From a bacterium (GTDB lineage Bacteria; Patescibacteriota; Minisyncoccia; UBA6257; GWB1-50-10), in the NCBI GenBank assembly GCA_002686365.1, contig NZBZ01000004.1:27079-91078 (forward strand): DNA of 64,000 nucleotides. The letters run 5' to 3'. The notes beneath the pieces are model-generated. The model was given only the letters and a program-made list of their open reading frames with translations. It was not told the DNA's origin and searched no databases. Positions 19,086 through 28,403 of the stretch are shown piece by piece. The translations under genes and the position numbers were made by a program. Every line of letters starts with the position of its first letter. The stretch's first letter is position 1.

Positions 19086-20102
19086 ATGGCAAACATTGCG
19101 ATAAATGGATTTGGCAGGATTGGGAGGTTGTTTTTTCGTCAGGCATTTGGGAAGAAGGGATTGAACATTGTTGCTATTAATGACTTGGGGGGCGCTGAAA
19201 ACTTGGCGCATCTTTTGCAGTATGACTCTGTATATCGGAGGTTTGATAAAGAGGTGTCTGTGAAGGGAGATAATCTAATTGTTGGAGGGAAGGAGATTAA
19301 GCTTTTGCAGGAGGAGGATCCGTTAAGGCTTCCGTGGAGGGAGCTGGGTGTTCAGATTGTTTTAGAATCTACTGGAGTTTTTGATTCGTATGAGAAGGCA
19401 AAGGCGCATGTGTGCGCTGGAGCAAAGCGAGTTGTGATTACTGCTCCTTCTAAAGATGAGGACGGCACAGAGGGGAAGACGGTTTTGATGGGAGTAAATG
19501 ATGGGGAGCTTGAGAAGGTGGTTTTGAGTTCTAATGCGTCATGTACGACTAATGCGGCATCTCCTATTATGCAGATTCTTTCTGAAAAGCCGGGTATTTC
19601 AAAGGCAATTTTGAATACTGTGCATGGGTATACTGCGACGCAGGCCTTGGTTGATAGTCCTACTCGCGGTAAGGATGTTCGGCGCGGACGGGCTGCTGCG
19701 CAGAATATTGTTCCATCTACTACTGGAGCTGCAAGCGCTGTTTCCCGCGCGCTTCCGGATTTTGAGGGTAAGTTTGACGGAATTGCAATGCGGGTTCCTG
19801 TGATTGCCGGGTCTTTGGCTGACATAACATTTATTTCTAAAAAGAAGACTTCTGCTCTTGAGGTTAATACTATTTTGAAGAAGGCGGCAAAGGCAGCTAG
19901 GTGGGATGGTATTTTTACTGTTATGGAGGATCCTATTGTTTCATCGGATATTGTTGGAGAGCCTTATGGCGCGATTGCGGATTTGTCATTTACGAAAGTT
20001 GTTGATGGAAATTTGGTTAAGGTACTTTCGTGGTATGACAATGAGTGGGGGTATGTTTCGACTTTGATGAAGCATGTGGATCGTGTTATTTCCTTAGTGT
20101 AG
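19086..20102 (+). CDS. gap: Glyceraldehyde-3-phosphate dehydrogenase type I
   Basis: INGFGRIGR, NASCTTN, WYDNEWGY. Confidence 0.98.
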   Translation: MANIAINGFGRIGRLFFRQAFGKKGLNIVAINDLGGAENLAHLLQYDSVYRRFDKEVSVKGDNLIVGGKEIKLLQEEDPLRLPWRELGVQIVLESTGVFDSYEKAKAHVCAGAKRVVITAPSKDEDGTEGKTVLMGVNDGELEKVVLSSNASCTTNAASPIMQILSEKPGISKAILNTVHGYTATQALVDSPTRGKDVRRGRAAAQNIVPSTTGAASAVSRALPDFEGKFDGIAMRVPVIAGSLADITFISKKKTSALEVNTILKKAAKAARWDGIFTVMEDPIVSSDIVGEPYGAIADLSFTKVVDGNLVKVLSWYDNEWGYVSTLMKHVDRVISLV

Positions 20103-20138
20103 TTGAGTTTTTTGTGAAAATAGAGGTAGGATGAGCCC

Positions 20139-21254
20139 ATGAGATATTGGGTTTTTGTTTTTGTTCTAGCCCTGATTTCGTTTGGTTTTTCAGGGGTGCT
20201 TTATATTGTCAGAGATTTTGATTATGTAGTGCAGGGCACAGAGACTGCTCAGCTTGAGGTTGGCTTTAACAGAATGCTGGGCAAGGTCCAGCCTGAGGAT
20301 TTTGAGCTTTTATTTGTCGGAGATGTGATGCTCTCCAGAGGAGTTGGTGCGCAGATGCTTAGGCGTCAGGATTTTTATTATCCGTTTCGGCGGATTGCGC
20401 TTACTTTGCGGGGAGCGGATTTTGTATTTGCGAATCTTGAGGGTCCAATTTCAAATCGCGGGATAAATCAGGGGTCAGAGTATTCTTTTCGGGCAGACCC
20501 GAGAGTTGTGGATGGTTTGAAGTTTGCTGGATTTGATGTTTTGTCTTTGGCTAATAATCATGCTTTGGACTGGGGAAGGGAGGCGATGTTTGATACTATA
20601 GATATTTTGGAGACGAATGATGTGTATACGGCTGGTGCTGGTGAGAATTTGGATTTGGCGAATCAGCCGGCTGTTTTATGTGTGGAGGATGGGACGTCAA
20701 AATATATCGAGATATCGAGATATCGAGATTCTGAGATGTCGAGATATCGAGATGGCGAGATTTTGGGATATCGAGATGGCGAGAATTTTTGTTCTGGGAT
20801 TAGTGTTGCAGTTTTCGCATATACGAATTTGTATCCATTGGGACTTGTTGCCAAAGAAGATTATTCCGGTGTGAGTGATTTTCGGCTGGTAAGGATTTTG
20901 AAGGATATTCGCGCAATCCGCGACGAAGTCGATTTTGTTGTTGTTTCATATCATTGGGGCGAGGAATACGCAGAGGAATCAAATGAGGAGCAGAGCATGC
21001 TTGCGCATGCGATTATTGATGCTGGCGCGGATTTTATTATTGGACATCATCCGCATGTTGTGCAGGAAATTGAGAAATATAAGGATGGCTGGATTGCGTA
21101 CAGTTTAGGGAATTTTGTGTTTGATCAGGATTTTTCAGATGAGACGATGAGGGGAGCTATTCTTAGGGTTCTGGTGCGGGATGGGAGGGTTTTTAGTGTG
21201 GAAGAGCTGGGGACGAGAATAAGTTCTACATATCAGGTTTATCTTGGGGAGTAG
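20139..21254 (+). CDS. CapA/PGA_cap family metallophosphoesterase
   Basis: GDVM, NLEG, ANNH, HWGEE, GHHPH, YSLGNF. Confidence 0.92.
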   Translation: MRYWVFVFVLALISFGFSGVLYIVRDFDYVVQGTETAQLEVGFNRMLGKVQPEDFELLFVGDVMLSRGVGAQMLRRQDFYYPFRRIALTLRGADFVFANLEGPISNRGINQGSEYSFRADPRVVDGLKFAGFDVLSLANNHALDWGREAMFDTIDILETNDVYTAGAGENLDLANQPAVLCVEDGTSKYIEISRYRDSEMSRYRDGEILGYRDGENFCSGISVAVFAYTNLYPLGLVAKEDYSGVSDFRLVRILKDIRAIRDEVDFVVVSYHWGEEYAEESNEEQSMLAHAIIDAGADFIIGHHPHVVQEIEKYKDGWIAYSLGNFVFDQDFSDETMRGAILRVLVRDGRVFSVEELGTRISSTYQVYLGE

Positions 21255-21366
21255 TGGTGGTCAGGCAGTGTTTTTTACTTCTTTTGAGGTTTTGTGTTAA
21301 GCTTCCCGGTGGCTTCAGAGGGGGGAGTTTCTGGCGCTGTGTTCACAACTTGTAGGAGGTTCTGTT

Positions 21367-21858
21367 ATGAAATGCTTTCTCTTGGCTGTTCTTCTGTGCA
21401 TCCTCGTCGCACCTCTTTGTTCTTGTAGTAAGTTGAGTCCTTATGTGGCTGAAGATGGTGTTCTTCGCTGGGATAGGGATGGAGCGTTTATTCCAGACCA
21501 AAGCATTAGGCGCTCTGCACTTCTGCCAATTGATGTGTGTGTTGTGGTGACTGGAGATGTGCCTGTTATAGGTGTTTCAATGGTCATTCGCGGTGATGTG
21601 GATCTTAGAGGCACGGCTGTCAGGTCGCGTATGGGTCTGATGTTGGCGTCGAATGTTCATAATGATGGGAGGCTTCATATAGAGGCTGCAGGTCTCTATC
21701 CTTTGCCTCAGGGGGTATATGAACTTTTCACGCTTCTCATTCCTGCATCTGGAATTTCGCAATTTCGACTTTGGCTTGACGAGGTCCAGTTTAATGAGAT
21801 GTTGGTCTTGGAGGGAGGCCTTCCTGTGCCTGGTCGTATTAGCGTTCTGTTCAGGTAG
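21367..21858 (+). CDS. Orphan secreted/lipoprotein-like protein, possible cohesin-like beta sandwich
   Basis: Signal peptide ending CSC; SD aggagg 21354; terminator near 21875. Confidence 0.65.
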   Translation: MKCFLLAVLLCILVAPLCSCSKLSPYVAEDGVLRWDRDGAFIPDQSIRRSALLPIDVCVVVTGDVPVIGVSMVIRGDVDLRGTAVRSRMGLMLASNVHNDGRLHIEAAGLYPLPQGVYELFTLLIPASGISQFRLWLDEVQFNEMLVLEGGLPVPGRISVLFR

Positions 21859-21925
21859 GCGGTGTAGTTTCGTAGAGTCGCGCAGCGTTGTGCGACTTTT
21901 TCATTTTTTGGGTATAATGGTTTTA

Positions 21926-22393
21926 ATGGTTATTTATATTGGGGCAGATCATAGAGGGTTTGAGCTCAAGGCAGAACTTAAGGAGTTTATTCAGGGCCTT
22001 GGGTATCAGGTGTTTGATATGGGGGCAGAAACTTTAGATGAGAATGATGACTATCCGGATTTTGCAGCGGCTGTTGCGGGTAAGGTGAGTGATGACTATG
22101 AGAATGCGAAAGGCATTGTGATTTGCGGATCTGGAATTGGAGTTGATATTGTTGCGAATAAGTTTTCGAGGGTTCGGTGTTCTTTGGTTTCTACTTCTGA
22201 TCAGGCGTTTGACGCGCGTAGTGATGATGATGCAAATGTTTTGGCGCTTGGCGCGAATATTGTGAATTCGGAAGAGGTAAAAAAGATTTTAACTACTTGG
22301 CTGGGAACTCCTTTCTCTGATGAGGAGCGGCATCGAAGAAGGAGAGATAAGATTTCGAAACTTGAGATTGAGCTGGGAGAGAAGAATAAATAA
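21926..22393 (+). CDS. rpiB: Ribose-5-phosphate isomerase B
   Basis: GADHRG, DYPD, CGSGIG, ANK. Confidence 0.95.
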   Translation: MVIYIGADHRGFELKAELKEFIQGLGYQVFDMGAETLDENDDYPDFAAAVAGKVSDDYENAKGIVICGSGIGVDIVANKFSRVRCSLVSTSDQAFDARSDDDANVLALGANIVNSEEVKKILTTWLGTPFSDEERHRRRRDKISKLEIELGEKNK

Positions 22394-22411
22394 AGTTTGT
22401 AGTTTTTATTT

Positions 22412-23071
22412 GTGGAGGTTATACCATCAGTAAATTGTGAGGACTTTAAGTGCGTAAAAGAACTTCTTCCGAAGGTTAAGGAGATTGGTTCAGAGTGGGC
22501 GCATTTTGATGTTTCTGATGGGACATTTAATAGTGTTGTGACTTGGAATGAGCCAGAGCAGCTTTCACAATTCTCAAAAGCCGAACTTCCGAAAATTGAG
22601 GTTCATTTGATGGTGGATAATCCAAAGAAGTATTTGGATGAATGGGTTGAGGCAGGAGCAAAGAGGATTTTGGTGCAGGTTGAGGCATTGTCTGGTTCAA
22701 AGTTAAAAGTTTCCTCCCGAGGCGGATTCGCCTTTGGCGAAGAAAGTTTTTCCGGTTGTGAAATCGGATTGGTGTTAAATCCTGATACTCCTGTAGAGGA
22801 GGTGTTTTCATATTTGGATAAGATTCGATTTGTGCAGTTTTTGGCAGTTGTTCCCGGTCCTTCTGGACAGAAGTTTCAGGAAGAGATCTTGGAAAAAATT
22901 AGAGCGCTTAGGGAGAGAGATAAAGATGTTATAATAGAGGTAGATGGAGGAATAATTCCGGAAGTTGTTTTGCGTTTGAAGGAGGCAGGTGCGGATATAG
23001 TTATTTCTTCATCTTATATTTGGAAAAGTCGCAATCCTCGAGAAGCATTTTGCGCTTTGGGCGAGGTTTAG
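22412..23071 (+). CDS. rpe: Ribulose-phosphate 3-epimerase
   Basis: HFDVSDG, EVHLMV, PGPSGQKF, VDGG. Confidence 0.92.
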   Translation: MEVIPSVNCEDFKCVKELLPKVKEIGSEWAHFDVSDGTFNSVVTWNEPEQLSQFSKAELPKIEVHLMVDNPKKYLDEWVEAGAKRILVQVEALSGSKLKVSSRGGFAFGEESFSGCEIGLVLNPDTPVEEVFSYLDKIRFVQFLAVVPGPSGQKFQEEILEKIRALRERDKDVIIEVDGGIIPEVVLRLKEAGADIVISSSYIWKSRNPREAFCALGEV

Positions 23072-23092
23072 ATTAAAGCTTTTGTTCTTTTT

Positions 23093-24469
23093 ATGAGTTC
23101 TTCAGAGGAATCTAAAAATTCTAAGAAGGTTGTTCTGCCTTCCTTTGTTGATATTTTTGTAACTTCCTTTCGGGCATTTGAGGGAAGATTTTTTACGTTT
23201 TTTATGATTTTGCTTATTCCGGTTCTGCTTTTTCTTATTCTTGGCGGAGGTGTTTATGGTGTAATTTATTGGGAACAGCAGACTTCTCCTTTTGTATCAG
23301 GGTTTAGTTTTCTTTTTTCTCCGGGTATTCTTTTTTCGCTTATGTTTTTTGGGATGCTTGTCATCCTTTTTCATGTGTGGGCGAATGCTGCTCTTTTGTA
23401 TTCAATTACTTCCGGCGCTAAAGATAACTTTCTTGTGGCTTATAGGGAAAGTTTTTCAAAAATTGGTTCGTACATTTGGATAGGCGTGCTTTCTACTCTT
23501 GCTGTTTTGGGAGGACTTCTTCTTTTTGTTATTCCCGGGATTATTATTTCAGTTGCGATTACTTTTGCCGCGTTTATTCTTTTTGTTGAGGGAGATAAGG
23601 GCTCTGCCGCGCTTTTTAAGAGCAGGGAGTATGTTCGGGGAAATTGGTGGGGGGTTTTGGGGAGGGTTCTTTTTGCCTTTCTTATTGTTAGTCTTTTCCT
23701 TAACCTGCTTCAGGCGCTTATTCGATATGTTTTTGGTTCGATGGCTTCTGAAATTGTTGTTGATGCTGTTTCTTCGTTTGTTGTCATTCCTTTTAGTTTT
23801 GTGTTTCTTTTCGAGATTTATAAATCACTTCGGAACGGTAAGCCATGGGTTGCGGAGGGTATTCTCTCCGGCAGGCTTCTTGCCTTTTCAGCTATCCTTG
23901 GATTTTTACTTATTCTTGCCGGCCCTGTTGTGCTTACTACAACGGGAATTTTTCGAACGGTTTTTTCTTTCTATTCTTCAAATATTTCTGATTTTTCCGG
24001 ACTTAACTTTCAGAGTTTTTTTGCAGGAGGAGCTTTTACTGAGTCTCCGGTGGTTTCCGGGTTTTCAGGGGAGGATCTTGGCAGGCTGCAGCGTATTCGG
24101 GATGCGCGGCGAATTTCAGACCTTTCCCGCCTAGGCATTGTTCTTAGTGTTATTTCCCGCCAGGATCCTAATTTTTGCAATGCTCCGCGAGGCGCTGTAT
24201 ACAGATCTACAAGCCCTTCCGGAGGCGGGAGCGCGTGGCTTCCAATCGACTTGAGTTTATCCGGCTTGAATGATCTTGCTGTTACGCATCCTCCTCGGGA
24301 TCCAATGAATACTTCTCAATATAGGTATTTGTTTTCTTGCGGTGAAGATGGAGGATATGAGCTGAATGCTCGCATGGAGGATCCGAGTAATTTTGTGAAG
24401 AGCGTGGGAGATAGAGGTGATGATGTAGATGCGTATGAGATTGGGACTAATTTAGGTTTGATTCCTTAA
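23093..24469 (+). CDS. Multi-TM protein fused to a pilin-like globular domain
   Basis: About 7 TMs, then RDARRISDL..DP.NT..YELNA.ME..YEIG like pilin 41285. Confidence 0.75.
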   Translation: MSSSEESKNSKKVVLPSFVDIFVTSFRAFEGRFFTFFMILLIPVLLFLILGGGVYGVIYWEQQTSPFVSGFSFLFSPGILFSLMFFGMLVILFHVWANAALLYSITSGAKDNFLVAYRESFSKIGSYIWIGVLSTLAVLGGLLLFVIPGIIISVAITFAAFILFVEGDKGSAALFKSREYVRGNWWGVLGRVLFAFLIVSLFLNLLQALIRYVFGSMASEIVVDAVSSFVVIPFSFVFLFEIYKSLRNGKPWVAEGILSGRLLAFSAILGFLLILAGPVVLTTTGIFRTVFSFYSSNISDFSGLNFQSFFAGGAFTESPVVSGFSGEDLGRLQRIRDARRISDLSRLGIVLSVISRQDPNFCNAPRGAVYRSTSPSGGGSAWLPIDLSLSGLNDLAVTHPPRDPMNTSQYRYLFSCGEDGGYELNARMEDPSNFVKSVGDRGDDVDAYEIGTNLGLIP

Positions 24470-24480
24470 TTTTTTATATT

Positions 24481-25341
24481 ATGGGTTTACACGAAGGGAA
24501 AATAAAACATTTAGAGGAGCAGGCGTATCGGATGCGTGAACTTTTAATTGAGGAGCTTTTGGAGGCTGGGTCAGGGCATTCTGCTGGGTCATTGGGAACA
24601 GCAGAGATTTTCACTGCTCTTTATTTTCATATTTTGAATCATAATCCGAAGCGTCCTGATTGGAAGGATCGGGATCGATTAGTGCTTTCGTGCGGGCATA
24701 TTTGTCCTATACAGTACGCGGCACTTGCTCTTGCGGGGTATTTTCCGGTGGAGGAGCTTAAGACTTTGCGTAAGCTTGATTCCCGTCTTCAGGGGCATCC
24801 GCATCGCGGATCTTTGCCTGGAGTTGAGACTACGTCCGGGCCTTTGGGTTCAGGCCTTGCACAAGCTTCAGGAATTGCTCTTGCGGGACGACTTGATGAA
24901 AAGAAGTATCAGGTGTACTGCGTTACTTCAGATGGAGAACATCAGGAGGGAAATCATTGGGAGGCGGCCTTGTTCGCAAAGAGGCATCGGCTTGGGAATC
25001 TTACTGTGATTGTTGACAGGAATAATATTCAAATTGACGGGAATACAGAAAATGTAATGCCATTAGAGCCCTTCCGGGAGAAGTATGAGGCATTTGGATG
25101 GTATGTGCTGGAAATTGACGGGCATAATATTCGGGAGATTGTTGATGCGGCTACAGAGGCGAAGGTAATTCATGAGCAGCCCACTGTAATTATTGCGCAC
25201 ACGATTCCCGGGAAGGGCGTAAGCTTTATGGAAGAAGATTATTTGTGGCATGGGAAGCCTCCGAAAGATAGAGCAGAGGCAGATCGAGCTATTCGGGATA
25301 TTCACGCGGCTTTGAGCAAGTTAAGAAAAGAGCATAAGTAA
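24481..25341 (+). CDS. tkt: Transketolase, N-terminal subunit
   Basis: GSGH, DRLVLSCGH, LQGHP, SDGEHQEG. Confidence 0.95.
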   Translation: MGLHEGKIKHLEEQAYRMRELLIEELLEAGSGHSAGSLGTAEIFTALYFHILNHNPKRPDWKDRDRLVLSCGHICPIQYAALALAGYFPVEELKTLRKLDSRLQGHPHRGSLPGVETTSGPLGSGLAQASGIALAGRLDEKKYQVYCVTSDGEHQEGNHWEAALFAKRHRLGNLTVIVDRNNIQIDGNTENVMPLEPFREKYEAFGWYVLEIDGHNIREIVDAATEAKVIHEQPTVIIAHTIPGKGVSFMEEDYLWHGKPPKDRAEADRAIRDIHAALSKLRKEHK

Positions 25342-25350
25342 TAATTTTAT

Positions 25351-26343
25351 ATGTTGAATTCAAAAGTAAAACTATCGCGAAAAATTTTTGGCAAGGATGT
25401 GGAGATGATTCCTACGCGAGATGGATATGGCGATGGGTTAGTTATGGCAGGAGAGAAGAATGATGATGTAGTTGTGCTTACTGCTGATCTTGCAGACTCT
25501 ACGCGGGCGCAGGCGTTTGCAGAGAAGTTTCCGGAGAGATTTTTTGAGTGCGGAGTTGCAGAGCAGGCTATGGCTACTGTTGCGGCAGGGCTTGGAACAT
25601 CCGGGAAAATTCCTTTTATTTCATCGTACGCAACTTTTTCTCCGGGGCGAAACTGGGAGCAGATTCGGACATCGATTTCTTATAATGATTCAAATGTGAA
25701 GATTGCGGGGCATCATTCGGGGATTTCTGTTGGTCCTGACGGGGTAACGCATCAGGCAGTTGAGGATATTGCAACTATGCGGGTTATGGCGAATATGACT
25801 GTTATTCAGCCATGCGATGCAATAGAGGCGCGAAAGGCAACAATACAGGCGGCAAAGGTGTGGGGGCCAATGTACTTGCGGTTTTCTCGGGAGAAGACAG
25901 CAGTTTTAACAAGTGATACTTCTCCATTTACTATTGGCAGGGCAGAGGTGTTGTGGGAAGAGAAGGGAGCAAAGGTTTTGATTATTGGGTGCGGACCCTT
26001 ACTTCACCATGCTCTTTTGGCTGCAAAAGAGCTTAAGAAGGAAAAGGTTCCTGTTGTTGTTTTGAATTCTCATACCATAAAGCCATTGGACGCAAAGACG
26101 ATTTTGCCTTTGGCAAAGAAGATTGGCGCTGTTTTAACAGTTGAGGAGCATCAGGTGCATGGCGGGCTTGGAGGAGCTGTTGCTGAACTTTTAGCACGGG
26201 AGTGTCCAGTGCCTATTGAGTTTATAGGAATGCAGGATACGTTTGCAGAGTCTGGTCCGCCTGACGAATTGTGGAACAAATATGGTATGGGGGTAGAAGA
26301 TATAAAACGCGCTGTAAATAAAGTTTTAAAAAGAAAAAGATAA
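25351..26343 (+). CDS. tkt: Transketolase, C-terminal subunit
   Basis: GVAEQ, GPDGVTHQ, TVEEH. Confidence 0.95.
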   Translation: MLNSKVKLSRKIFGKDVEMIPTRDGYGDGLVMAGEKNDDVVVLTADLADSTRAQAFAEKFPERFFECGVAEQAMATVAAGLGTSGKIPFISSYATFSPGRNWEQIRTSISYNDSNVKIAGHHSGISVGPDGVTHQAVEDIATMRVMANMTVIQPCDAIEARKATIQAAKVWGPMYLRFSREKTAVLTSDTSPFTIGRAEVLWEEKGAKVLIIGCGPLLHHALLAAKELKKEKVPVVVLNSHTIKPLDAKTILPLAKKIGAVLTVEEHQVHGGLGGAVAELLARECPVPIEFIGMQDTFAESGPPDELWNKYGMGVEDIKRAVNKVLKRKR

Positions 26344-26406
26344 ATGTTACCTCGCCAAGGCGGGGTCCTCAACTTCGTGGCTTCGCTGCGCTCAGACGAA
26401 GTTGGG

Positions 26407-26472
26407 AAATACGGAATGGGGGCTAAGGATATAAAGGAGGCGGTGAGGAGGGTATTGAAGAGAAAGAAATAG
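26407..26472 (+). pseudogene. Displaced duplicate of the transketolase C-terminus
   Basis: KYGMGAKDIKEAVRRVLKRKK* vs KYGMGVEDIKRAVNKVLKRKR*. Confidence 0.88.
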
Positions 26473-26542
26473 ATTGATTTTGTTTGTATAAAAACAGGAA
26501 CCTTTTGGAGGTTCCTTTTCGTGGACGGCCGAGTTGGTTCGG

Positions 26543-27124
26543 TCAGGCGGCTATCTTAGCGATTTGGATAGCCTTTTGTCGCACCCAGCTTACTCTTGCG
26601 AGGTCTTGTATGAGCTGTATGGCCTCTTCGGTGCTTCTGGTCAGCTCTACAGCTGTGTCGTCTTGTCCCTCGACTCGTTGTCCGAGCGCCTTCTCAGCCT
26701 CTCCTCGGTTGGTATCGTTGAGGTTGCATACGATTATTCGTAGTGCAACTCGTGCTGTTCCATCGTTCATGATGAGGGCTTCGGCTGTTTCCATGTCTAC
26801 ATGAACCCAGCTGACCTTACTCAGATCCACCTGCTCTGGCTGTTCACTGGTCAACACCACCTCGTCCGGTACGTGGGTGAGATGTATCGTGAGTATGTTC
26901 CCGGCATCATCTCCCAGATCCCGAACTATCTTCAGGTTTCTTACGGTGGTTTTCGTGGTGATTTCCACCGAACCCTCTGGCATGCCGAGTAGTTCTCTTA
27001 TCTCCGACATTGCCTGCTCGGCAACTCCCATTCCTCCCATGAGCATGCGGACCCCGACTTCTTTGTCGTCTGGCATTTGCTCGATGAAGCCATCCAGCCC
27101 TGGGGAGTTAAATATGGTGGGCAT
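26543..27124 (-). CDS. Orphan hypothetical protein (cassette)
   Basis: RBS gaagggaag; hairpin ggaacct..aggttcc downstream. Confidence 0.7.
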   Translation of the reverse strand: MPTIFNSPGLDGFIEQMPDDKEVGVRMLMGGMGVAEQAMSEIRELLGMPEGSVEITTKTTVRNLKIVRDLGDDAGNILTIHLTHVPDEVVLTSEQPEQVDLSKVSWVHVDMETAEALIMNDGTARVALRIIVCNLNDTNRGEAEKALGQRVEGQDDTAVELTRSTEEAIQLIQDLARVSWVRQKAIQIAKIAA

Positions 27125-27299
27125 TCGTTCTTCCCTTCTCATCCATGAGTCTGTGGGCTGTTAGGCCCTTTTTGGCGCGTAAGGCGCGAGCGCGGATCCG
27201 AATTTAGGGTATCTTCTTTCTGTTTATTTTGCAATATTTTGCCATTATTTTGCGTTTTGAACAGTGGTTTCCGGAGCTTTTTTGAGATATAATGGTCTT

Positions 27300-28304
27300 A
27301 TGCATGATGTGGTGACTATTGGGACTGCGACGCGGGATGTCTATATTACAAATGAGTCTTTTAAGGTTTTAAAGGACCCTAAACATCTTGAGAAGATGGG
27401 TTTTGATACTGGAGTTGCTGAATGTTTTGCGCTGGGCACGAAGATGGATATTGAGAGGCCGGCGTTTACTATTGGAGGCGGGGCGATAAATACCGCAGTT
27501 TCGTTTTCTCGGCTTGGTCTGAATGCTGCATCCTCTTTTAAGGTGGGTGATGATGAGTTTGGAGATGTGCTTGTGCGAAAAGTAAAAGATGAAAAGATTT
27601 CTCCTATTGTTTCTCGGGATAAGTCTGTTGGAACCGCATATTCTACTATTCTTTTGAATCCGAATGGAGAACGAACTGTGCTGGCTTACAGGGGGGCATC
27701 GAATACGATTCGTAAGAGAGATATTGTTTTGAAAAAGCTCAGGGCGAGATGGGCCTATATTGTTTCAGGACATTTGCCGATTGCGCTTTTGAAATCTATT
27801 GTTGAACATTTAAAGAAGAGGGGCATATGTATTGCGTTTGCTCCTTCTCAATATCATGTAGATATGGGACATAAGAAGCTTCGAGTTGTTTTGAGACATG
27901 TGGACGTTGTGCTTATGAATCGGGAAGAGGCAGCGCGCTTTACGAAAGAGGATTATAAGCGTGAGAAGTTAATTTTTAGGAAGCTTGATGAGGCGGTGGA
28001 TGGGATTGCGGTTATGACTGAGGGGTCAGGCGGTTCTCTTGTTTCAGATGGGCAGTTTATGTATCGGGCGGGAGTATTTAAAGAAAAGGAGCTTATTGAC
28101 AGAACTGGAGCCGGAGATGCGTTTGGTTCCGGTTTTGTTGCCGGAATAATGCGCGGGCATGATATACCTCATGCTTTGCGGCTCGCGAGCGCGAATGCGA
28201 CTTCTGTGGTTGAGAAGGTTGGAGCATCTACTGGGTCACTTACAGATAGAGAGTTTAAGAAGAAGCGGTGGCAGTATTTGGATTTGGATGTTGAGCCTCT
28301 TTAG
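27300..28304 (+). CDS. PfkB family carbohydrate kinase
   Basis: GGGAINTA, DRTGAGDAFGSG. Confidence 0.93.
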   Translation: MHDVVTIGTATRDVYITNESFKVLKDPKHLEKMGFDTGVAECFALGTKMDIERPAFTIGGGAINTAVSFSRLGLNAASSFKVGDDEFGDVLVRKVKDEKISPIVSRDKSVGTAYSTILLNPNGERTVLAYRGASNTIRKRDIVLKKLRARWAYIVSGHLPIALLKSIVEHLKKRGICIAFAPSQYHVDMGHKKLRVVLRHVDVVLMNREEAARFTKEDYKREKLIFRKLDEAVDGIAVMTEGSGGSLVSDGQFMYRAGVFKEKELIDRTGAGDAFGSGFVAGIMRGHDIPHALRLASANATSVVEKVGASTGSLTDREFKKKRWQYLDLDVEPL

Positions 28305-28398
28305 ACTATACGAATATGCGAATCAAGCACGAATATCTAATATACGAAATGTACGAATAAGGAATTCGTATATTTGTGCCCCATTCGATATTCGTGAA
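28305..28398. repeat. Degenerate TACGAATA array with inverted arm
   Basis: tacgaata, gcgaatc, cacgaata, tacgaaat ... attcgtat, attcgata, attcgt. Confidence 0.7.
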
Positions 28399-28403
28399 GT
28401 TTT

